Source: Intoshia linei
Taxonomy: Eukaryota; Animalia; Orthonectida
Length of the DNA: 45,910 nucleotides
Reading direction: 5' to 3'
Assembly (NCBI GenBank): GCA_001642005.1
Contig: LWCA01000155.1
Span: 1-45,910, forward strand
Position numbers and translations under genes: made by a program. The notes under the pieces were generated by a model. It ran no database searches. It saw nothing but the letters and a program-made list of their open reading frames with translations, and was not told where the DNA came from. Of this stretch, positions 35,546 to 45,910 are shown piece after piece (within the stretch, counting starts at the first letter, position 1; the number at the start of each line of letters is the position of its first letter).

Positions 35546-36651
35546 ATTTGTTGCATTTATTTTTAAATTTTTTTAAATATTACTAAATTTAATCAAAACA
35601 TCAAAATAAAGGGCCAAGTCTACTTTTTTCAACATTTGCAGAATGTAAATCCCATCGATTCCATAAAAACCATAATTTGTAAATGTCAATACATAAAATA
35701 TATTATATATTTCATGTAACATTTTACATACTAAAAAACAAAAATAATATTTTTTTGGGTCACTCATAATCTAAACATTCCAGGTTTCTCATGGTTAACA
35801 AGTCAATTCATTAATTTTTCAAAACAATAACATTTGCGATGAATTTTAAATGACTATTGGATAATTTTAAATCCAAGCAAAATTAGTAAAAAACAAATAT
35901 TAAAGTTTATATTAATAAAGTTGATAAATACAAAATGGAAATACATGTAATGTCAATATAAAAAAAATATCCATATATTATCTTTAAATAAATATGAAAA
36001 AATATAAAGTGTAACTGTAACTATTCACAATATATGTATTCAAATTAAATTTAGTTTTAAATCCATAAAATAAACAAAAATACTAAACAAAAATCGACCT
36101 TTAAAGGTGGAAATTTCTACAAACAATACATTTTACAATAAATACTAAAAACACAATAATAGATAAAACTTAATTTGCAATATATACATAAATTATCAAC
36201 AATAAACCTTGATTTGTAAAACTCAAAATATTGAAATCCTTGAAATTAAAAAAAATATATAATGTAGAATTTGCAAACACATGTAAAAATAAATTTATTA
36301 AAACTTATATATTTATGTACCTTATTTAATTATTACATTTATGTAAATAATAAGATATATAAAATAATTTAATGTGTAGTTGTTTTTAAGGAAATGAATT
36401 TGTTGAGCTGAATTCATAATCTCATGTTTCCATCAAACTATAAATAGTGTGTTATATATTATATATGTGTTATATATTGTATATGTTGGTAGATGTAATA
36501 TTAATAATAATGATGATTGAATAAACCCCAGAAATGTATATTTACATTTGATAGTTTTTGTGAAACTGGGAAATTGCATGTTTATGGTGGGTAATGCAAA
36601 AATCGGGTAATTTGGTCATAATATTACATTTCAGATCGATTATATCTAAAC

Positions 36652-37234
36652 TAGTGTTTCCCAACCTTTTTTATGCTAGGCCCCACTGAAAAAAATTCGA
36701 GCGAATTATAATAAAATAATGATAAAAACAATAATAATGTATTTATTTTTTAGAATTAATGAGACGATTGAGCCTGACGACTCTGACGATTCTGACAGAG
36801 TTTATTAATATTAAAATACTAATATTGTAAGCTTTAATCGTATAGCTCCCCTTTTTGAAATTTGTAAATTTATTTTTTTTTCAGTAAGTCTAAAACTGCA
36901 TTAAACCCACATTCTGCTAAATAAGAAGATGGAAATGTCAACAAAGCAATCCTAGCAAAAGTAGTTTAAGTCGGATAATTTTGCATATACTGATCAATTT
37001 AGTTAAATTTAAATCCTTTATCCCACGATCATTAAAGATATATTTGCTTTTTGTTATTATAATAATTTAATAATACAATTAATTGGTTGAAGTATAATAT
37101 AACCACTTATAAACCTGAGAATATGGTATAAAATTAACAATAAATCATATCTAAAGTTTCATAATACTATAAATTTATAATATTTACTAGGCCCCACCAA
37201 AAATTTCGTCATGACACACTGTTGGGAAACACTG
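36652..37234 (-). mobile_element. Non-autonomous hAT (Charlie/Buster-like) element with 8-bp TSD
   Basis: TIR (T/C)AGTGTTTCCCAAC; TSD ATCTAAAC at 36644-36651 and 37235-37242; internal ARIALLTFPSSYLAECGFNAV...RQAQSSH* remnant. Confidence 0.92.
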
Positions 37235-37679
37235 ATCTAAACAAAACTCAATTATTATTAATTTTGACGTATAGTGATCGGTTTATTTTTTCATATAGAA
37301 ATACGTGGCCATATTTCTATTAAATTTTATAGTTAATTTCGAATGTTATTTTGATTTATGAATTTACAACTAATTTAGAATAATAAATGTCGTATTTCAA
37401 AACGGAGACACAATTTAAACTGAACTTTAAACCAGAGAATATTTTTCAGTTTATGGTAAATTTTTCTATAAAAGTTATTTAAAGTTATTTCCTACAAACT
37501 AAGTTAAAACTTTTTTTGTTGCTACGCAATTTTTGATTTTCAAAACATTTTGTTTAAGATTTAAATTAAAACCACAACAACGAATTACTAAAAGTAATAC
37601 AACTGTTATTATCATTTTTATATTTATTACAATGCTTTGCAATATTGGTAAAATTCAACTCAAATCTATTTCTAAAGTG

Positions 37680-38130
37680 CTGATTCCGTTAATTATTAAT
37701 ATATAATTGGTACTGAATATATATTATCATATTGAAAATGACAAAGTAAGTTTTTGCAATTTTATTTTTTCTGAAATTTTTGCTATTTATGACAATTTTT
37801 AGGATTGGACTGTTTTTACTTTATTTTTAATATTATACACAAATTCTGTCAAATAAATTAAAAAAATGGGAAAAAATTTTATTTTAAAATTCTTTACACA
37901 AATGTTAACAAAATAAATTTAACGTGGAATAATTCACTTTAAATTAAAAAGTAATGTGATATGACGGGTCCACGTGTAACAAGTTTAAAACCACTCCTTT
38001 AAAGGGTTGATAATAGTGAATAGTATAATTTTTAAGTTAAATTTTCAACGTGAATTTATTTTTCTGATAGAATAGAAATGTTAACCTCGGCACAACTAGG
38101 TTGCTGTTTATACGAAGTACATAACAGTGA
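37680..38130 (-). repeat. Family A copy, inverted
   Basis: Reverse complement of 25068-25490. Confidence 0.8.
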
Positions 38131-40552
38131 AGTTAGTTATATATAACTAATCTTATATTAGTATTTAGTAAGTTATTTAGTAATAATTTAGTAAAAACTG
38201 CGAAAAATGTGTATCTGTGTGTAGAATTTATTTTTATTTGTGTACAACATTACATTTATAAAAACACGTATCAAATTGAAACAAAGTTAATTAAATATGA
38301 AAAATTTAATTAATTAGTATATTATATAACATTCGAGTACATTAGTTATGGGTTTTCACCGATTAGCTTCCTGTGTCACTGACAGTGAGCCAAATTGATT
38401 TTTCAAAGCAAAAAAAAATCACTTAAAAAATTTTTTATATTTTTTTTTGTTAAAGTTGTGTGATAACTGAATTTAATGAATACTATATGATGAATTTATG
38501 TATTGGCTACAATTTGATGTAATTATGAGTTAGTTACAAGTTGTGACTCAGCTAATATTAAATTTACATTAAAATTTCAAAAAATCCAAAACAAAAAAAT
38601 AAATAAATTAATGCGACATAAAATGTAGCATTTCTATATCCATGATTTAAATATGACAATATCATATTAATGTTATTAATATTTACAAGCTCCATTAATT
38701 TCATGAGAAATATTACATATAATTTCCATGTACTTAAACTTTTTATATTTTTAATATAAAAACGAAACATGATCATTTTGGTTTAATTTTAGTTATAAAC
38801 ATAATGGTACATGTATTTATAATAAGATAAATTATTTCATGTACAAAATGTCACATCTAAAAATACGTAAGAGACCATGTAAAAATGAAATTAAAAAATT
38901 GAAAAGTACACATTGTATTAAACTACCAACAAAAATATGATTAGTATAGCACAAACAATGTTAAATATATATTTAAATATTTTTAGTAATTTTAAAATTA
39001 AAATGGACCAAAAATTACCAATTATTTTATATTTCTTCAATATTTGATAAGAATCATTTTATAAACATCTAAATAAGTTCAATGTATAATTTTAATAAAT
39101 AATGAAAATATAATTTTTACTAAAAATGTAAATAACAGATGTAATAATTTAATAAAAGTGACATCTGCAAATAAATTTATTATATATAAAATTACTTGGT
39201 CTAAAAATGTAATTTTTTTCAACTTTGCTTATAAAATTAATATTACAATGATTTATACATAAATGATTATTGGTTTTTTAAAATTACCTTGTCTATTCAA
39301 AACTTTAAAAATTTTTTTTTAATATAATTAATGATTAATGATTGAATCACTAAATTTAAAACTTTTGCTTTAAATACTGACAGATGTTTACTTTTCTAAC
39401 CTTTAATATTAAATTTAGATTAATTAAATAATTACAGATTAAATATAAAGTTGGGTCATGTTTATATAGTCAAATATAAATATTTTCCGATTGAATAAAA
39501 TTTGATTAATTAATTAGTAATAAATGAGCAAATTATTAGATCTATCAATGATCTTTATTGTTTAATTTTAACTACTTGACTTATCAATACATCATCAGTA
39601 TTTTGATTATTAAGTTGTAATATATCAACAAGTAGTACAATGGTAGCATATATTAAAAATGGGTAATATTTAAAAATATCTTTCCAATTAATAAGACTAA
39701 TATTTTATAAAATTTTTTAATTTTTTTAATATTACTACATTGTAATTGTAGTTGGTAAGTTATTCAAAATAACTGTTAATATAAAATTGGATTGCAGTAA
39801 AAAAGGTTGTAAAAACAAAAAAAAAGTGTATATTAATAAGGATTATGATTAATCTAAAGAAATATATAATGTGGCATCTCAAATTGCTTAATATTTTTTA
39901 TAATATATTTAGAAATTCAATTTACTTTACAAATTTTTCATTTGTAAAAAAATAAATTCTTTCGACATTTTTATCAATTATAAGAATCAAGAACAACGGA
40001 AAAGATATAATATTCTCGAAAAAATGATAATATAAATATAACCATGGAAACGTATATTAAGGCTATTTTATTGAAATTGATGTGTAGTTGGAAATATTTG
40101 TTTAAGTTAGTAGTTAGAAGTATAAAGTTAAAGTTAAAGAAATGTCTTGTTCTGTGTATATGAAACGTTAAAAAATATCTCGGTAATAACTGTCAATTAA
40201 ATCGGGCAAGAATAGATAATAACTATCGTGATACGTAATATAAAATAAATTATTCAACGTTAGTCTATTTACATTTAAGAAAGTTGAAATTTAACTGTCC
40301 AAGATTAAAATTTCAAAATTTATTATCAACCGACCTTAAAGTACACTGGTCTCAAAATTAAATTACAACAATCTAAACTGGATCAAAACGTTCAATTTTG
40401 AATGAGCAAAGTACCCGTGAATGCACCATCGAGTATTTTTTAATTAGTCAATATTATATTTAAAATTGTACTTTAGACTTTTTACTGTAGTCTTAAATTT
40501 AAATTAGTAATTTACGTTTATTCAAGGTATTGACGAATTATATATTATATGT

Positions 40553-41680
40553 TTATGCATCCTCCATCTTTGTAAAAAAGCGATTATCATCAGATAGCCA
40601 TGCGAGGTCACCTCTGTTAGGAACATACATATCCACTCTTAAAACGTCTTCCGCGTGACCAAATATTATGTCCACTAATTTATAATATACTTTGCCGTTA
40701 AGAACTTCAATATCCTGATTTACTGTATCTACATTACCAATATTTTGCATAAACTTCAACTCGTTAGATCGTTTAGGTGGTAAGATCAATATTTTAAACT
40801 AATAGGCGCTATTAATGAAGCATCACCTATACTTTCTGCCACCAGGTCTGGCATGGTTATATTTCCAAGTATTTTAATATTTGTTTTTGATGAAAAAAGT
40901 TCAGCTATAGATATGATCACGAAGTTATACACTTTTTCTTGGATTTACAGCTCCTCCCCTTATTTCATTATAATTAACATAGTCTAATGTGAATCCAAAC
41001 ATGTCGCGATATCTTGACCAAATAGACGATTTTTTGTTCCAACCCGCTTCTACACGATGCCATAATGGAATGTTTTATCTATTGATGTATTTCCGATTTA
41101 TCTGCTTGTGAATACGCCACTTTTCAACGTCTTTAAAGATGTCATAACATAAACTATTGTATGTTAGAGGTTTTATCGTATCAATGAGTGTATTATTTTG
41201 CATCGTAAAGAAACCAGCTTGGTATAGGACTGTGGTAAACCAAGATTGATTTTCATTTTTGATGAGATAACCAGTTTCGTACCTAATGGTGTTAAGTCGT
41301 AAGTACATGGTAAAGCGTTAGCCTCTTTGAAATACACAGTCAATTGTAACATGTTTAAAAATTCTTGTGGATTTAATTTAAGGTTGATGTTGTTATATAT
41401 GTTTGACCAACGTGTATATTTTTGATATAAAAAAGATTCATTTAATACCACGTCTTGAAGTGGTACTGTGAAATTAATTATATGAATTGCATCGTCGTCA
41501 GTGGCATTTTGCATTCCTTCGTCTACCCCAGCATTTCTTACCCATGTGTCTAGTTGTGGTGCTGGCTTGCGAATGATGATAATCTCCCTTTTTCTGTTGT
41601 TGAGCAACCTTGTGTCCGTAAATACACCGTCTACTGCATTATCGTTTAGATAGTTTCTCGTTAATTTGAATGATATATTT
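40553..41680 (-). pseudogene. Frameshifted intronless coding remnant of unknown origin
   Basis: Three successive same-strand ORFs (144, 77, 78 aa) in an island visibly richer in GC than its flanks; frameshifts and stops; no motif recognised. Confidence 0.55.
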
Positions 41681-41883
41681 AAATTTTATTTATCCCAAAC
41701 GTATGTTTGGGTGAGTCTTTATAGATTTCAAAAATATTTATGAAAGGTGTAAATGTTTATATCGCTCAAATGAGAGAAATAAATAAGATAATATGGGTCG
41801 AAAAAATAGCTTTATTTATGTAGAATTTCAATTTTATTTACAAAACAATTTAAAATTAAGTTAACATTATTCATGGTGCATAT

Positions 41884-42440
41884 TAGTGTTGGAAATCGAT
41901 AATTTATCGATAAAAGCGTTTCGATAAATTTTTGAATATTTTTAATATATATTTTTTTATTTTATTTTATTATCGCCAAAATGGCAAATAAAAGATCTAA
42001 AGTATGGAATTATTTTACATTAGTAAATAGTAATGAAGCTAAATGCACAAAATGCTATAAAATTGTAAAATGTTCAGGAAGTATCAGTGATTATGTTATC
42101 ACGTTAAAAATATTCACAATATTAATTTGAACGAAGATACAAACCAAACAAAATTGTGAAGGATAGATTTTCTTATTATTAAAAAATCGATGGAAGAAGA
42201 GGTATCCAAAATGTCAGCCATGGATAATTTCTCATTTAATAGAATAACACTAAGCGTTTTTATTCAAATGAGTTTTAAAAAACGAAACAGTGAATATGAC
42301 AATACTCCTCCCACTTGCCATAACTCTGTAAAAATAATGATTCTATCGTTTTACCATAAAAAAAAAGGAAGAACTTAAAATAATGTTGCAATATCACCCG
42401 ATGTTGTTAATGCTTTGGTGTTTTTGAAATTCTTCTTTAT
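41884..42440 (+). mobile_element. Deleted hAT element with BED zinc-finger remnant
   Basis: TAGTGTTGGAAATCGAT terminus with atcgata subrepeats; MANKRSKVWNYFTLVNSNEAKCTKCYKIV from 41981. Confidence 0.75.
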
Positions 42441-43599
42441 AAACAAAAATAAATAATATAACAGTTGTAATTAATTTTTCAATTAAATTAGTTTATTATT
42501 TTTTATTGAGTAGCAGAGGCGCCACTGGTATCTGGTATATGCAATTACATGTAATTGTCTCGTAAGGGTTAATTTTGTTTTGTTAACATTTGTGTAAATA
42601 ATTGTTATTTCATTTTTTAAATTTATTAGACAGAAGTGTTGATAATCTTAAAAATAAAATAAAAACAGTACAACCCTAAAAATTGTCATAAATAATATAA
42701 ATTCCAGAAAAAATATTGTAAAAATTTATTTTGTCATTTTCAATAAATAAAAAATAACAGCGCGCTATCAAAAGATCGTTAAATCACATGATCGTAGTTT
42801 TTTGATCGTAAAAAAATAAACTTCATAACTAAACTAAATATAGTGAATTGAATTGGATAAATTTTTTTTGTAATATGGTATGTTGTAATAGTGAAGTTGG
42901 AACTGTTACTGTAACTTCACTTTAATATTAATAAACTTAGTTAAGCAAGTGTATTTTATCGATAAATTATAATATCAGATTCGGACATTAAATCTACAAG
43001 ATTCCTTCAGATTTTATAACCTTTCTTTTATTTATAATATTACATGGTATCTTAATATTTCAGTTTGAACTTGGGTCTGTAATCTAAATTAAATGAATTA
43101 TTTAATTTAAACTTAACACAAAATAAATGCGATCATTTGAATTTACGATATTGTGAACGGACACGAAAAATAACAACACTTGCTATTTAATGGAATTTGT
43201 ATTATTATGTCAAATAGATAAAACGAAATGATATTAATAGACATATGGTGATCTGTTAACTACGAAAATGTTGATTTACTTAGTGAAAGTTTGACTGTCA
43301 AACTAATAAAACATGGTCATAAAAAAACAAACTAATTTGAATAACTTACAATTTTTTTCATAAAACTCAATACTTTTAGTTTATTTGGAATAATTTTTAT
43401 TCGTTATCATGGATTAGTAGTTTTAGCTTTACATTTAACACCAAATAAACTAAAATTGATAGTACCTATTTTTTCTGGTCACTATCTATTGCATAAAGCT
43501 CGATCATTTACGTAATACAATACGTCTAAAAAAATATAGAAATATTTAATTTAAATAATTATTACAATTTTAATGAAACAGTTTAGTTTTTTTATCTTT

Positions 43600-44120
43600 T
43601 CTTTATATTTTCTTGGTAGTTCATTTGCGTCTTCTTTTTTTCTTTTACGTGTTCTTCTTTATCTGTGATAAAAGCATAAAGTTATTTCTGCTATTTTTAA
43701 TGATCTTCAATCAATTCATTCGGAGCAATACAGCGTTGTCAAAATCAACATCAAAATTTTGATGATCATATTTATAGATTTCCGAAAAAACTACGAAAGC
43801 TTGATTTAGTCTTTCAACAGATGATCTTATAGAACATTGTTCATTGTGATCTCTAATTTGCACCTGTGTTATGCATTGAGTTGGTTTTTTAACAGCTAAT
43901 TTTCGAATTTCTGGTGTATCCTCTGCGTCTCCTATATATCATGAATCCATCAGTATAGCCCACCGATTATCATTGTCGGTCATGAGCTCTTTCTAATACC
44001 ATTTTTTTTTGTATAATCAATATAATATTTATAATTAGATTTGAAAGCTGTATAATCGTGAGCACTTCCAACTGTTTTTCTTTTTGTACTGTCCAACTTT
44101 TTTATCCAATGTGATAACAA
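43600..44120 (-). mobile_element. PIF/Harbinger-like (DDE_Tnp_4) transposase remnant
   Basis: GSAHDYTAF...WAILMDS*YIG...KKP...HNEQCSIRSSVER. Confidence 0.6.
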
Positions 44121-44489
44121 TACCAATTATTTATCAATAATTAACAGAATCAGCTATTTATAAACATTTGAAGTGAATTTTACCAATATTGAAAAAGATT
44201 GTAAAAATGATTATAACAAAGTTGTGTTGTTTTTAGTAATTCGTTGTTGTATTTTTAATTTAAATTTTAAACAAAAAGTTTTGAAAATGACAATTTGAGA
44301 TTGAAAAATTGGAATCATATATGAGTCTCGCACAGAATCCAATTCAGGGAGGGCACAGTAGTGCGTATTTGTTGATCGCGATAAGAGTTTGAAAATATTC
44401 TATTAAATATTAATTTAATAGGCGTTTTTTCCAGAACTATATATTAACAAATCTTAATTTGCTCTTATTCATGTAATTATTTTAATTAG

Positions 44490-45500
44490 ATTGCCCTGGT
44501 ACAAATTCTACTAAGGCTGGAAAAACTGATATGTGTAAAAGTTGTCCAAATCAATCAACATGTGCCTTAGGTGCAATGAGCGATTCAAAACAAGGTTTAT
44601 AATTGTTACATTTAACCCTTTCCATTTTAAATGACCTGTTTTTAAATTTATTTTAGACATTGAGGATATATCGAAGGCGTTAAAAGGTGTAAAAAATGTT
44701 TGTATTATTTTGTCCGGTAAAGGTGGCGTAGGAAAAAGTAGCATTACTTCAAATTTGGCTTTTGAATTGTCTCAAGATAAAAATTTGGATGTAATCTATT
44801 TATTTATAAATTCTGTTTCATTTGTTAATAATTTTACCCTATTCGGTTTTACTCTATAATATTAATTAATAGATTGGTGTACTCGATCTCGACATTTGCG
44901 GGTCATCTTTACCTCGATATATGGGAGTACAAAATTGTGAGGTATCACTATGATATAATAATGTAGAATTTAGGAATAGGTAAGAAGAACAGTGGAAGGT
45001 TGGACTCCAGTGGTATTTTTTTAAAAAAAACGTAAATATATAATTCTAGTGCGTATCTGATAATATTTCTCTCATGTCCGTAGGTTTTCTTTTATCTTCT
45101 CCTGATCAAGCTCTAATTTGGAATGGAAACAGAAAAAATGGTAAAGGTGTAATAGCATGTAAATTAAATATTATTTTAGGAATGATTTTGTCGTTTTTGA
45201 AACAAGTCCAATGGGGAAGCTTGGATTATTTGTTAATTGATACTCCTCCCGGTACGTCAGACGAACACTTGTCGATAACCAATTATTTGAGTAAAATTAA
45301 TATCAATTTTGGGGCCATTGTTGTCACAACTCCTCAAGTATTTTTTTTATGGCATGTGTAATTTTCAATTAATACGTTCATATTTAAAGGAATTATCTAT
45401 TCAAGATGTTAGGAGACAGATAACATTTTGCGACAGAGTTAATCTAAAACTAATTGGAATTGTTGAAAATATGTCTCAATTTAATTGTCCCCAATGCAAG
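44490..45500 (+). CDS. NUBP1: Cytosolic Fe-S cluster assembly factor NUBP1/Nbp35 (partial; first exon possibly ATG 44321; continues beyond window)
   Basis: [25 protein letters not shown]-terminal Fe-S motif, SGKGGVGKS Walker [33 protein letters not shown] across short GT-AG introns. Confidence 0.95.
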
Positions 45501-45781
45501 GTAAACATTTTATTTTTTCAGGTGTTGGAGGAACCTATTTTGTTACAGCCTGTCTGAACTAACATTTAGTTCAAAAAAATTACTTATTCAAAATTTCAAC
45601 ATTTTCTGATTTGGCAAATTTTCAGAAGTATTTTAAAAAAAATTCTTAGTAGCGTTTTTGAGTTAAGGTCAAAAATTTAAATAGATGGCGATTTAAATGT
45701 CTTAAAACTTTTGAAAGACTTCAAACATAATGTAAAAGTTATTTGAAACGGCATATATATGTATAATATAATATATAATAA

Positions 45782-45910
45782 TCCTAACTTATATAATATG
45801 CTACGCGATTTTTGTTTGTGTGTCTGTGTGTTCAACTTTATTTAAATAACTACGCATCTTAGAATTTTTTAAAGACCACATTTCAATTACAGTTTTTTCC
45901 GGAACGTATA
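45782..45910 (+). repeat. Helitron-like family B 5' end in NUBP1 intron
   Basis: A|TCCTAACTTATATAATATGCTACGCGATTTTTGTTTGTGTGTCTG. Confidence 0.6.

Noticed and set aside
36762-36800. Short (gacgat/actct) repeats, CRISPR-like at a glance
   Set aside because: Only three ~9-bp units inside a hAT element; eukaryotic context, no spacers.
34988-38776. Short ORFs at 34988, 35573 and 38564
   Set aside because: F/I/K/N/Y-biased composition typical of random AT-rich DNA; no motifs or splice-consistent partners.
44321-44360. AATCCAATTCAG resembling RNase P RNA CR-V
   Set aside because: No CR-I partner upstream; better explained as a candidate NUBP1 first exon.
44511-44744. Minus-strand 77-aa ORF
   Set aside because: Antisense of the NUBP1 Walker A exon.

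Overview
Very AT-rich eukaryotic (animal) genomic DNA with many tiny (~35-40 nt) GT-AG introns, so most short ORFs in the track are exons or decayed mobile-element fragments. This architecture would fit a reduced parasite genome such as an orthonectid, but that taxon is an inference. Host genes reconstructed by hand across introns: a MAU2/SCC4-like TPR cohesin-loader gene (-, 3' half not found), hnRNP K (+), NIF3L1 (-) with a solitary histone H2A nested in its last intron, an intronless 729-aa unknown protein (-), a spalt/SALL zinc-finger gene (-) with a U1 snRNA gene in intron 1, and NUBP1/Nbp35 (+, runs off the right end). The first 10 kb and most long introns hold decayed Ty3/gypsy, Ginger-like, hAT, pogo/Tigger, Harbinger and Helitron-like elements, including two hAT MITEs with intact 8-bp TSDs. 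The most notable non-coding signals are a ~90-nt 'mini-U1'-like Sm-site RNA candidate whose 5' end is complementary to GC (not GT) splice donors, a duplicated C/D-like snoRNA pair plus other structured RNA candidates in the few long introns, and a ~1.1-kb decayed intronless ORF of unknown, possibly viral, origin.
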